A program made the position numbers and the translations under genes. From Verrucomicrobiota bacterium (GTDB lineage: Bacteria > Verrucomicrobiota > Lentisphaeria > Lentisphaerales > Lentisphaeraceae): DNA of 64,000 bases. The notes beneath the pieces are model-generated. The model saw only the letters and a program-made list of their open reading frames with translations. It ran no database searches and had not been told where the DNA came from. Positions 9,778-18,657 of this stretch are shown piece by piece. Position 1 is the stretch's first letter. Every line of letters begins with the position of its first letter. Where the stretch lies: NCBI GenBank assembly GCA_039798785.1, contig JBDKFG010000009.1, positions 27,054 to 91,053 of the forward strand. Direction: 5' to 3'.

Positions 9778-11100
9778 TCAGGCCAGGTCGTCCGAGTTGA
9801 CGCTTTCCGGCGCCAGGCCGGCGAGGACTTCACCGACGAGGTAGAGCGAGCCGAAGACGAGGGTGAGGGCGTCCTTTTTGGCGAGGGTGACGGCGAGGGC
9901 GTCCTGCCAGCGCGGGTAGGCGGCGACCGGGCAGGAGAGGACGGCGCGGGCCCGTTCGGCGAAGGTTTCCGGGGCGAGGGCGCGGGGGTTGTTGACGCCG
10001 ACGCAGCTGAGGCTGGCGGCCTTGGGTCCGATGGCGGCGAGGAGAGCTTCGAGGTCCTTGTCGGCCATCATGCCGCAGACGAGGTGGAATTTCTGGCCGA
10101 GGAAGGCGTCGGAGAGGGAGCGGGAGAGCGACTGGATGCCGTCGGCGTTGTGGGCGCCGTCGACGAGGAGGCGGCCCTTTTCGAGCACTTGCAGGCGTCC
10201 CGGCAGGCGGGCGTGGACGAGGGCGGCGAAGGCGCGGTCGAGGTCGGGAAGGAGGCCTTGTTCGGCGAGGATTTCGAGGGCGGCGGCGGCGCAGGCGGCG
10301 TTGTCGAGCTGGTGCAGGCCGCCCATCGAGATGGCGAATTGGCGGCGGCCGGCGCGGCCTTCGAAGTCGAGCGATTGCGAGAAGCCGTCGGGGCCGAAGC
10401 CCTTGCGGTAGCGGCGGAGGCTGAAGTCGCGGTCGAGCTGGCGGACGTCGCTGCCGAGTTCGGCGGCGCGGGCGTGGATGACCTGGCGGGCCTCGGCGTG
10501 GTTGACGCCGCAGACCAGCGGCACGCCCGGCTTGAGGATGCCCGCTTTTTCGGCGGCGATCTTGGCGTGGGTGTCGCCGAGATACTGCATGTGATCGAGG
10601 CCGATGTTGGTGATCACGGTGAGGAGCGGCGTGACGATGTTGGTGGCGTCGAGGCGGCCGCCGAGGCCGGTCTCCCAGATCACCAGTTGGCAGCCGGCTT
10701 CTTCGAAGACGAGCAGCGCGGCGGCGGTGATCGCCTCGAAATAACTCGGGCGGACGCCGGAAATCCGGACCACTTCCGGCTCGAGCGCCATCACCTTCGA
10801 AATCGCCCGTTGGAAGGCGTCGGGCGGCATCGGCTTGCCATCGATGCGGCAGCGTTCATGGAAGTCGACGAGGAAGGGCGAGGTGTAGAGGCCGGTGCGG
10901 AGGCCGCAAAGCTTCGCCGCGGTGGCCAGGTAGGTGCAGGTCGAGCCCTTGCCGTTGGTGCCGGCGACATGGACGAATTTCAGCCGCGACGCCGGATCGC
11001 CCAAGAGGCGGTTCATCAAAAACATGTTGTCGAGGCCGAGCTTCATGCCGAAGAGCTGCAGCGAATCGAGCCAAGGCTGGATGGTGACGGGTTGCTCCAT
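9778..11100 (-). CDS. folC: Folylpolyglutamate synthase/dihydrofolate synthase
   Basis: HVAGTNGKGST, YTSP, SYFE, ETGLGGRLDATNI, IGLDH, EKAGI, PGRL, DGAHN and FGSLYLVG. Start at ATG 11100 with AGGAG RBS; the upstream ORF extension runs through a repeat. Confidence 0.95.
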   Translation of the reverse strand: MEQPVTIQPWLDSLQLFGMKLGLDNMFLMNRLLGDPASRLKFVHVAGTNGKGSTCTYLATAAKLCGLRTGLYTSPFLVDFHERCRIDGKPMPPDAFQRAISKVMALEPEVVRISGVRPSYFEAITAAALLVFEEAGCQLVIWETGLGGRLDATNIVTPLLTVITNIGLDHMQYLGDTHAKIAAEKAGILKPGVPLVCGVNHAEARQVIHARAAELGSDVRQLDRDFSLRRYRKGFGPDGFSQSLDFEGRAGRRQFAISMGGLHQLDNAACAAAALEILAEQGLLPDLDRAFAALVHARLPGRLQVLEKGRLLVDGAHNADGIQSLSRSLSDAFLGQKFHLVCGMMADKDLEALLAAIGPKAASLSCVGVNNPRALAPETFAERARAVLSCPVAAYPRWQDALAVTLAKKDALTLVFGSLYLVGEVLAGLAPESVNSDDLA

Positions 11101-11157
11101 GATTTCTCCTAACGATTTGAACCACGAATGAAGGCAGGGGGAAGAACTGAACAATTT

Positions 11158-11277
11158 GAACCACGAATGGACACGAATGGACACGAATTTTTTAGGGGAG
11201 GGAGGCAGGATGTGATGCTTGGGTGGTCTTCCTGTAGCCTTGTTCTATTCGTGTGAATTCGTGTCCATTCGTGGTTC
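11158..11277. repeat. Periodic inverted-repeat element A: 31-bp arms (GAACCACGAAT-GGACACGAAT-GGACACGAAT) around a ~58-bp spacer
   Basis: Left arm 11158-11188 and right arm 11247-11277 are reverse complements with 2 mismatches. An extra partial arm lies at 11119-11130. Confidence 0.92.
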
Positions 11278-11288
11278 CTGAGCTTTTT

Positions 11289-11654
11289 TCATAAAACGAT
11301 CCGCTCCCATTCGAGGCGGGCGTGTTTGAAGTTGAAGATGACGCCGACTTTCAAACCGGTGATTTTGAGATAGTTGATGACCTGGCCGCGCTCGACATCG
11401 GTGATCCTGTCGATCGTCTTGGTTTCAACGATGAGCTGCTCAAAGGCGATCAGATCCGGAATGTACTCTCCGACTTGGATCCCTTTGTAGTCGATCTTGA
11501 ATCGCCTCTGCTGGCACCAGGGGATGTCACGCTGCTTGAACTCCACCACGAGGGCATTTTCATAGGGCTTCTCCAAGAGGCCGTGCCCCAAGATTTTGAG
11601 CACTTCAATCGCGGCGCCGACGACGGCATAGACTTCTTCTTTCAGATAGAGCAT
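11289..11654 (-). CDS. GxxExxY protein (PD-(D/E)XK-like nuclease fold)
   Basis: GHGLLEKPYENAL (GxxExxY), YIPDLI, IVETKT, QVINYLKITG and NF...LEWERIV; ~121 aa; AGGAG RBS. Confidence 0.92.
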   Translation of the reverse strand: MLYLKEEVYAVVGAAIEVLKILGHGLLEKPYENALVVEFKQRDIPWCQQRRFKIDYKGIQVGEYIPDLIAFEQLIVETKTIDRITDVERGQVINYLKITGLKVGVIFNFKHARLEWERIVL

Positions 11655-11680
11655 CGGCAGAACTCCTAACCAAACGATTT

Positions 11681-11810
11681 GAACCACGAATGGACACGAA
11701 TGAACACGAATTTTTTATCCATGCAAGACAGTGAAGGCGCAGGCTCAAAACCTTCTCTCGCTCCTCTGCTCCTCCAAATATTCGTGTCCATTCGTGTCCA
11801 TTCGTGGTTC
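11681..11810. repeat. Periodic inverted-repeat element B (same family as A), ~68-bp spacer
   Basis: Left arm 11681-11711 and right arm 11780-11810 are reverse complements with 1 mismatch. The spacer differs from that of element A. Confidence 0.92.
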
Positions 11811-12566
11811 GGCTGCTTCTGTTGCTGCTGCTTTGAGCTTCATCATCCGCGCTGCGGCGCAGGCGGCGCCGAAGCCGTTGTCGATGTTGACGACGCTGAT
11901 GCCGCTGGCGCAGGAATTGAGCATGGCGAGGAGGGCGGCCCAGCCGCCACCGCCGGCGCCGTAGCCGGTGGATGTGGGCACGGCCACCAGGGGGCAGGCG
12001 ACGAGGCCGCCGAGCACCGAGGGGAGAGCTCCTTCCATTCCGGCGCAGACGATCAGGAGCTCGGCCTGCTGGAGGCGTGGCAGGGCGGAAGTCAGGCGGT
12101 GCAGGCCGGCGACGCCGATGTCGCAGATCAGATCCGCCTCGAAGCCGAAATAACGCAGGCTGAGCCAGGCTTCGCGGGCCACCGGCAGGTCGCTGGTGCC
12201 GGCGCAGACGACGGCGATGCGCGACGCCTTCACTTCAGCGGGGGGGCGCAGGAGGCAGCGCGACAGGGGGTCGTAATCTAGCCCGAGGCGAAGCGCCAGC
12301 TCGGAGCCGACGCCCGCCTCGACCCGGGTGGCGAGGACGCGTCCGGAGCGTCCGAGGATGGCGGTCGCGGCGGCGGCGATCTGCTCGGCCGTCTTCCCCT
12401 GCCCGTAGATCACCTCGGGAAAGCCGCAACGGCGCTCGCGGTCGTGGTCGAGCAGCAGGCCGTCGAGCGGCTGGCTGAGCAAGGCGGCGAGCCGCGTGGC
12501 GGTTTCCTGCGGGTCGGAACCGGCGGAGAGCAGCGTTTTCAGAATGTCGTCGTGGAGCGAGTGCAT
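11745..12566 (-). CDS. larB: Nickel pincer cofactor biosynthesis protein LarB (AIR carboxylase-like)
   Basis: DHDRERRCGFPEVIYGQGKT, AGTSDLPVAREA, DIGVAGLHRL, AGMEGALPSV, VPTSTGYG and VVNIDNGFGAA. Confidence 0.93.
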   Translation of the reverse strand: MHSLHDDILKTLLSAGSDPQETATRLAALLSQPLDGLLLDHDRERRCGFPEVIYGQGKTAEQIAAAATAILGRSGRVLATRVEAGVGSELALRLGLDYDPLSRCLLRPPAEVKASRIAVVCAGTSDLPVAREAWLSLRYFGFEADLICDIGVAGLHRLTSALPRLQQAELLIVCAGMEGALPSVLGGLVACPLVAVPTSTGYGAGGGGWAALLAMLNSCASGISVVNIDNGFGAACAAARMMKLKAAATEAAEPRMDTNGHEYLEEQRSERRF

Positions 12567-12666
12567 GGGGAGCCCTTATCAATTTGCTAAGGCGGATTAT
12601 CTTCCATCTACGCCAAATTACACGGGCCGATCGCAAAGTGCGACCGACTCTGAATCGGAGAGAATC

Positions 12667-14064
12667 ATGCGTTACATCCCCGTCTTCCTGACTTTGCTGG
12701 CTCCCCAGGCCTTCGCCCAGAACGCCAAGCCCGCTCCCATTCCGCCGGTCGTCGCACCTGCGCCCACCACTCCCGACGGCGCCGCTCGCCCCGCCCAGAA
12801 GGGAACTGTCATCGCCCCCGCCCTCGACACCGACCCCGACGTCACCGCGATGAGCAAGGAGGAGGAGAAGGAGGAGGACCGCAAGAAGAAGCTCAAGGAG
12901 CTGGAAGACAAGATGAACGAGGATCCGCCCAAGACCAAGGCGATCCTGCAGCTCGGCGTCTGCCACTACTACGGCCGCCTGGGCTTGGAGAAGGACGCTG
13001 CCAAGGCGGCGGAATTGTGGCGCAAAGGCTCCGATCTGAACGACCGGGCCTGCATGTTCAATCTCGCCGGCCTGTACTGGAAGGGCGAAGGTGTGGAACG
13101 CAGCGCCGACGAAGCTTTGAAGCTCTACCAGAAGGCTGCCGACTTCGGCTTTATCGACGCCAACATCAATGCCGCCCTGATCCTCGACGGCCGCGGCGAA
13201 TACGAAAGCGCCCGCCCTTATTTCGACGTCGCGGTCCGCGAGAAGCGCGACATGCGGGCGGTGAAGCGGCTCGCCGCCTATGCCGAGCAGGGCCTCGGCG
13301 GCCCCAAGGATCTGATCGAGGCCGGCAAGCTCTACCGCGTCGCAGCGGAGAACGGCGACTCCTTCTCGCAGCTCAAGATGGCCGACTTCTACGTCAACGG
13401 CACCGGCATGTCGGAACCCAATCCGCAGGAAGCGATGCAATGGGTGATGCGCGCCGCCGACAACGGCGCACCAGAAGCCGAGGCCCGCATGGGATGGTGC
13501 TACCAGAACGGCCAGGGAGTCCGCAAGGACAACCAGGTCGGCTTCCGCTGGTTGATGCGTGCCGCGGAACAGAACTTCTCCCCTGCCCAAGTCGCCGTCG
13601 GCAACTGCTACGCCGTCGGACGCGGCGTGCCCTCCGACATGACCGAGGCGGTGCGATGGTATGAAAAGGCGTCGAAGGACAAGAACCCCCAAGGGCTCTA
13701 CAACCTAGGCGCTTGCAAGGCCAACGGCAATGGCTGCAAGGCCGACATGGCGGAAGCTATGAAGCTCTACCGCCAGGCCGCCGAAGCCGGCTACGCTCAG
13801 GCGCAGTTCGTCCTCGGCCGGATGTACCTCGAAGGCAAGGAGCTGAAGCAGGACTTGGTGATGGCTCAGTCGCTCATCCAGCAAGCAGCCCTGCAGGATC
13901 ATCCCGACGCCTTGTGCGAGCTCGGCCGCTGCTATCTCCTCGGCATCGGGGTCAAGATCGACCTCGCCCAGGCCGAGAAGTTCCTCTTGAAAAGCGCGGA
14001 ATTCGGCTCCGAGGAGGGCTACTCCCTATACCAGAAAAATTTCGTCAAGCCAGCCCCGCGCTGA
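12667..14064 (+). CDS. Secreted Sel1-like repeat (SLR/TPR) protein
   Basis: Signal peptide ending in AFA, followed by ~10 repeats of A...LG..Y..G.GV..D...A..W...AA..G. Confidence 0.9.
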   Translation: MRYIPVFLTLLAPQAFAQNAKPAPIPPVVAPAPTTPDGAARPAQKGTVIAPALDTDPDVTAMSKEEEKEEDRKKKLKELEDKMNEDPPKTKAILQLGVCHYYGRLGLEKDAAKAAELWRKGSDLNDRACMFNLAGLYWKGEGVERSADEALKLYQKAADFGFIDANINAALILDGRGEYESARPYFDVAVREKRDMRAVKRLAAYAEQGLGGPKDLIEAGKLYRVAAENGDSFSQLKMADFYVNGTGMSEPNPQEAMQWVMRAADNGAPEAEARMGWCYQNGQGVRKDNQVGFRWLMRAAEQNFSPAQVAVGNCYAVGRGVPSDMTEAVRWYEKASKDKNPQGLYNLGACKANGNGCKADMAEAMKLYRQAAEAGYAQAQFVLGRMYLEGKELKQDLVMAQSLIQQAALQDHPDALCELGRCYLLGIGVKIDLAQAEKFLLKSAEFGSEEGYSLYQKNFVKPAPR

Positions 14065-14137
14065 GTGTCATCGGACGATGCCAATCGCGAAAGCGGCATA
14101 GAATTGTCGCCGACACCCAACTCCACGGAACCTCAAC

Positions 14138-14452
14138 ATGCCCCGACCCGAACTTGAAACCCTCCGCCAGGAACTCGCCGCCGGCAGCGCCCAACTCCTC
14201 GACATCCGCGAATGGGATGAATGGAAGGCCGGCCACCTCTCCCAGGCTGTCTTCTGCCCCCTTTCCGGCATCAACGGCGGCGACATCCCGGCTGAGCTGG
14301 ACCCCGCCAAGAAGACCTACATCCACTGCCGCAGCGGCCGCCGCGTCCTGCAAGGCAAGCCCCTCCTCGAAGAGGCAGGCTTCACTCATGTCATCGCCCT
14401 GCCCGAAGGCTTCGACGCCCTCGCCGCCGCCGGCTTCACCACGGAGATCTGA
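14138..14452 (+). CDS. Rhodanese-like domain protein
   Basis: LLDIREWDEWKAGHL...HCRSGRR...GF. Confidence 0.88.
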   Translation: MPRPELETLRQELAAGSAQLLDIREWDEWKAGHLSQAVFCPLSGINGGDIPAELDPAKKTYIHCRSGRRVLQGKPLLEEAGFTHVIALPEGFDALAAAGFTTEI

Positions 14453-14454
14453 TC

Positions 14455-14874
14455 ATGGCCGCCGGAAAAATGAGCATCAAGCTGGTCCGCGACAGCGGCG
14501 TCGCCTTCAACTGCCTCAGCGGCCAGGGCCACCAGGTCCGCCTCGACGGGCCGCCCTCGGTCGGCGGCCAGGACAGCGGCACCCGCCCGATGGAAATGGT
14601 CCTCATGGGCCTCGCCGGCTGCTCCGCCGTCGACATCGTCATGATCCTCGAGAAGATGCGTCTCCCCCCCGGCGCGATGGAGATCGGCGTCGAGGCGACC
14701 CGTGCCGACGCCGTCCCCGCCGTCTTCACCGACATCCACATGAGCTTCAAGGCCAGCGGCGTGCCGCTCGACAAGCTGCAGCGGGCCGCCGACCTGTCGG
14801 TCGAGAAATACTGCTCCGTCGCCCACATGCTCCAGCCCAAGGTGAAGATCACCTGGAGCGTCGAAGCGCTCTGA
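14455..14874 (+). CDS. OsmC/YhfA family protein
   Basis: GTRPMEMVLMGLAGCSAVDIV...LSVEKYCSV. Confidence 0.9.
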   Translation: MAAGKMSIKLVRDSGVAFNCLSGQGHQVRLDGPPSVGGQDSGTRPMEMVLMGLAGCSAVDIVMILEKMRLPPGAMEIGVEATRADAVPAVFTDIHMSFKASGVPLDKLQRAADLSVEKYCSVAHMLQPKVKITWSVEAL

Positions 14875-14875
14875 G

Positions 14876-15580
14876 ATGGGCCGCCGCGCCTTCCTCGCCG
14901 CCGGGCTCGCGGCGCTCGCCGCCGGCTGCTCCTCCCGGGCCCCGGCCGTGCCGGATCCGCAGCAGGATCTCTATCACCTGAGCTGGAAGGGGATGAAGGT
15001 GGGCGAGGCCCGCCTCAGCCGCCGCGACGAAACCGGCCTCACCCGCTTCGCCTTCGACTTCCACAGCAGCGGCGCCCTCGAGCTCATCCACCCGGTCCAC
15101 CGCCAGATCGAAGCCAGCGCCAGCCCCGACTTGCAACGCTCCCTGAGCTACCGGGAACGCGGCGGCAAAAAGACCAAAAGCCTCGACTTCGACTGGCCCC
15201 GCGGCGAAATCCGGCGCTGGCGCGATATGGAACTCCGCCAGACCCTGCCCGCCACCTCGCCCTGCCTCGACCCCCTCACCTTGATCTACGCCCTCCGCCA
15301 AGCGCCGCTGCGCCCCGGCCGGGAACTCCGCTTCCTCCTCACCGACGGCCGCAAGATCGCCCCTGTCACCGCCTCGGTCGAGCCCTGCGAGCTCGAAGGC
15401 CGCCCAGGCTTTCTCGTCCGCCCCAAGATGTCCGACCTCGAAGGCCTGCTCCGCCTCGGCGACGCCGAAGCCAGCCTCAGCCTGTGGATCGAGGACGCCA
15501 CCGCCCGCCGCCTGCTGCGCATCGACGCCGGCAGCCCCTGGGGCGAGATCCGCGCCGAGCTGCAAGACGCCGCGCGTTGA
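14876..15580 (+). CDS. Lipoprotein, DUF3108-like
   Basis: RRAFL twin-Arg-like signal with lipobox LAAGC; Y.LSWKGMKVGEA and DPLTLIYALR resemble DUF3108. Confidence 0.7.
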   Translation: MGRRAFLAAGLAALAAGCSSRAPAVPDPQQDLYHLSWKGMKVGEARLSRRDETGLTRFAFDFHSSGALELIHPVHRQIEASASPDLQRSLSYRERGGKKTKSLDFDWPRGEIRRWRDMELRQTLPATSPCLDPLTLIYALRQAPLRPGRELRFLLTDGRKIAPVTASVEPCELEGRPGFLVRPKMSDLEGLLRLGDAEASLSLWIEDATARRLLRIDAGSPWGEIRAELQDAAR

Positions 15581-15590
15581 TCTCGGCGAC

Positions 15591-17372
15591 TCAGCCGCAC
15601 GGCGGCCCCGACGCCTTCAGCGAGTCCTGATAGGCCGCCGTCCCGTCCCCCATGTAGGCTTCAAGAGTCCGCAACGGCGCCACCGCAAGATCGACGACGA
15701 TCAAGCCGTCGAGAGTGCCGCCGAACTTGTCGTCGACGCCGAATCCGTAGAAGCGGGCTCCCATCTTCATGTAATGCTTGACTAGCACCGGCAGATCCTT
15801 GCCGTCGTGCTCAATCGCCCGGATCAGATCCGAGAGATCCTCCGGAGTCGTGACCTTGAAGCGCGCGCATCTCTGGCGCAGCTCGCGGCTGAGCCGGCCG
15901 CGGTGCGGATCCTTGGCCTTGATCAGAGCTTTGCGCTCCTGCAGCAGCTCCACCATCAGACTGCGGCTGAGCGTGTCGTACTCGGCGCTGATCGAAACCG
16001 GCCCGAAAAGATGGCGAAGCCCGCTCTTTTTGGCGAAGCGGCAGATGCCGCGCCAAAGCAGCGGCAGGCACTGCGGCCGGCGCTGGAATTCCAGCGCGAT
16101 GAAGGAACGCCCGAGCTCCGCCGCCGCCGGATGGCGGGTGAGGAACTCCGGGCCGTAATCGAAGAAGCGCCGGGTGTACAAAGCCGACAGCTCCTGGTCG
16201 CGGACCAGCTCGTCGACGAGGCCGATGCGATAGCCGCCGGCAATCTGCTTCGTCACATCGTTCCAAAGGATCATCTGGAGATAGCGTTCGTCGAAGAAAT
16301 CGAGATCGAGCGCCGCTCCCGTGCCCTCGCCGGCCGCCCGGAAGGCCTCTTCGCGCAGGCGCCCAAGCTCGAGCATCAGTCCGGCGCCTTGACCGGAGCG
16401 GAAGATGCGGATCTGCCATTCTCCCTGGCTGACGAGCAAAGACGCCTCCGGCAAGGCGGCGATCTCCGCTGCCAGCAGCTCGCGATCGACTGGACGCAGA
16501 AGGGGTCGTGTCTGGCGCTCGGGACGAACGCAAGGCTGCTGGCGGCCGCCGTTCTCGGCCAGCACGGAGCAGCGCAGCCGGAGATAGTCGGTGCCGGCCT
16601 GAGGCGCCTCGAAACGGTTCAAGGTGCGCGCTTCGATCGGCTTGCCCAGGGCCACCCGTATCTTCTGGCCGGGTCGGGCCATCTCGCGCGGCAGCAGGAT
16701 CGTGCGGAGCAGCGGATGCAAGGCGCCAAGAGTGTAGAAAGTCCTGGAGTTGCGCGCCGAGAACCACACCGGAACGACGGTGGCGCCGCTCATCCTTGCC
16801 AGGCGGAAGGCGTCCTGGCTCCACTCGGCATCGGTGATGCACGCCTCGCGCAGGTCGAAGCGAGAGACTGCGCCCGCCGGGAACATTCCTAGGCAATGCC
16901 CCGCCTTGAGCCACTCCACCGAGCGCCTCAGTCCTTGGGTGTTGGCGGCACCGCGCTGGAAGCTGTCGACTAGGATCAGCTTCTCGCGGATCTCGGGAAT
17001 GGCTTTGAGAAAGGAATTGGCCATCACCTTGGCGTCCGGACGTGCCCGGCTCAGGATGCGGCTCAATATCATGCCGTCGAGGGCTCCCAGGGGGTGGTTG
17101 GCGATCGCCACAACCGGTCCTGTCGCAGGAATCCGGGCCAGACAGGCGGGGTCGATGTCGATTTCTATCCCCAGACGCTGCATCACCGTGTCGATGAAGG
17201 CCTCGGGATCCAAGCCGGCGAGCCCGTTGCAGTAGAGTCGGTTCAATCCTTCCAGTCCGAGCAGCCGGTCGAGCAGCGGCCGTGCCGGCCGCAGCAAGCC
17301 CCGGCCGAAAAGCGGCGACAGTTCGTCGATGCTGAATCGCAGATTCGGAGGAAGTTCGGCAGCCGTGTTCAT
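15591..17372 (-). CDS. Bifunctional PlsC-type acyltransferase / GNAT (OlsF-like ornithine-lipid synthase; often annotated putative hemolysin)
   Basis: N-domain NHPLGALDG (HxxxxD) and FPAG; C-domain ELGRLREEAFR..GEGTG...DLD.FD, GGYR, ELGRSFI and PVLVKHY. Confidence 0.8.
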   Translation of the reverse strand: MNTAAELPPNLRFSIDELSPLFGRGLLRPARPLLDRLLGLEGLNRLYCNGLAGLDPEAFIDTVMQRLGIEIDIDPACLARIPATGPVVAIANHPLGALDGMILSRILSRARPDAKVMANSFLKAIPEIREKLILVDSFQRGAANTQGLRRSVEWLKAGHCLGMFPAGAVSRFDLREACITDAEWSQDAFRLARMSGATVVPVWFSARNSRTFYTLGALHPLLRTILLPREMARPGQKIRVALGKPIEARTLNRFEAPQAGTDYLRLRCSVLAENGGRQQPCVRPERQTRPLLRPVDRELLAAEIAALPEASLLVSQGEWQIRIFRSGQGAGLMLELGRLREEAFRAAGEGTGAALDLDFFDERYLQMILWNDVTKQIAGGYRIGLVDELVRDQELSALYTRRFFDYGPEFLTRHPAAAELGRSFIALEFQRRPQCLPLLWRGICRFAKKSGLRHLFGPVSISAEYDTLSRSLMVELLQERKALIKAKDPHRGRLSRELRQRCARFKVTTPEDLSDLIRAIEHDGKDLPVLVKHYMKMGARFYGFGVDDKFGGTLDGLIVVDLAVAPLRTLEAYMGDGTAAYQDSLKASGPPCG

Positions 17373-17550
17373 CGTCGTTACTCCTGAGCTTGGACAAGCG
17401 GGACTTCATGCCCCGCCGACAACAAACCATGCGGCTTCGAGCCAGAAACCACGACCCTGATAAATCTGGGTTAAGCATTGATGAAATCGATGCCAGGCTT
17501 GCCTTAGCCTCGCTCCGGTCCTAGATTGTAGGCAAGCCCAGGAGCCCTCC

Positions 17551-18309
17551 ATGCTTTTCCACGCCGCCCTCAGCTTCGCCGTGTTCTGCCAGGCGCCCCA
17601 GCCGGAGGAGGCGCGTCAGCGGATCTCCGCTCTCAGTGCCGAGCTCGAAACCGCGCAAAGCCGGCTCAATGAACTGAAAAACCGGATCGGCGAAAAAGTT
17701 GCCGAGATCACCCGCCTGCGCAAGCAAATCGAGCCGCCGGTCTGCATCCTTGATCCGGCCCTGATGGCCGCCAAAGAGGCGGGCCGCGTCCTGCCGGAAG
17801 CCTTGCCGAGATTGGAGCTGCCATCCGAGGAGCGCCGACGTCTCAGCGACTTGTTCTGGCGCGACACTCCGGCCTTCCAGAAGGAGATCCGGGCCAAAAT
17901 CGGCCAATTGCCGTCGGAAGTTCCTCAAGCCGCAAACCCCGCTCCGGCGCGGCCCCGGCCTAGACCCGCCGATCCGCTCGCCGCCGAAGCCCAGGACCTG
18001 GCCGGGCGATTGCAGGAATCGGTCGCCTCGCTCAGCTCTTGTGAAAAGACTCTGCAGGAGCACGATGCCGAATTCACCCGTCTGCGCGGCGAAGTCGAGA
18101 AGCTGGAAAAACCGGCGCCGCGCTCCGCCGTCGAGACGAGGATAAGGCGGGAGGCGGAGCTCCGCCGCCGTGTCCTGCCAGAAGGGCTGGCCGCCTTGCG
18201 CCAAAGCTTGTCGCCGCAAAAACTGGCCGAGCTCGAAACCTTGCTCTGGCAGGATCCCGCGGGCTTGACCGAAGCGCTCAACCGCCTCGCCTCGCCGGCA
18301 GGGAAATAG
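17551..18309 (+). CDS. Hypothetical secreted coiled-coil protein
   Basis: Signal-like N-terminus, heptad-rich segments and a GGAG RBS. Confidence 0.6.
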   Translation: MLFHAALSFAVFCQAPQPEEARQRISALSAELETAQSRLNELKNRIGEKVAEITRLRKQIEPPVCILDPALMAAKEAGRVLPEALPRLELPSEERRRLSDLFWRDTPAFQKEIRAKIGQLPSEVPQAANPAPARPRPRPADPLAAEAQDLAGRLQESVASLSSCEKTLQEHDAEFTRLRGEVEKLEKPAPRSAVETRIRREAELRRRVLPEGLAALRQSLSPQKLAELETLLWQDPAGLTEALNRLASPAGK

Positions 18310-18422
18310 CCGCCACCGCCGAGAGGGTCCTGGAGTCCAAAGTTGATTCTCCCTCAAAAGTTCGCGAACAGCGCAAAAGCCCGGCGCTCGCTCCGCGAGG
18401 CGAAGCGATTTCACGCTCAAGC

Positions 18423-18441
18423 CCGTGGGCTATGCCCACGG
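18423..18441. repeat. REP-like palindrome CCGTGGGC-tat-GCCCACGG
   Basis: Perfect 8-bp stem with a 3-nt loop in intergenic DNA. Confidence 0.6.
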
Positions 18442-18549
18442 CTATGCCAGGTTAGCCCGCTACGTGGTGAGTTTTGAGGGGGGAACACCAGAGTTGAAAG
18501 CCCGCCAGATCCTCCGAATTTTCAATCGTAAATGTTTGTTTTTTTTGTG

Positions 18550-18577
18550 TTGAATTTTGAATCTGGAATTTTGAATT
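18550..18577. repeat. 7-bp periodic tandem (TTGAATT)n, degenerate
   Basis: ttgaatt-ttgaatc-tggaatt-ttgaatt. Confidence 0.6.
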
Positions 18578-18657
18578 CTGGTTCCGGGTTGAGTTTCAGC
18601 TCAACTTCAGAATCCGGGCTTATCTTGCGGCCTCCGCAACCCCGCTTGGAAACCCCG

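Noticed and set aside
11101..11184. N-terminal extensions of folC and GxxExxY given in the ORF track
   Set aside because: They translate repeat arms (MSIRVHSWF; MVQIV). Downstream ATGs with AGGAG RBS fit better.
11119..11810. Repeats around GxxExxY read as a CRISPR array
   Set aside because: The arms alternate in orientation, are internally periodic and have 58-68-bp or gene-sized gaps. No cas genes are present.
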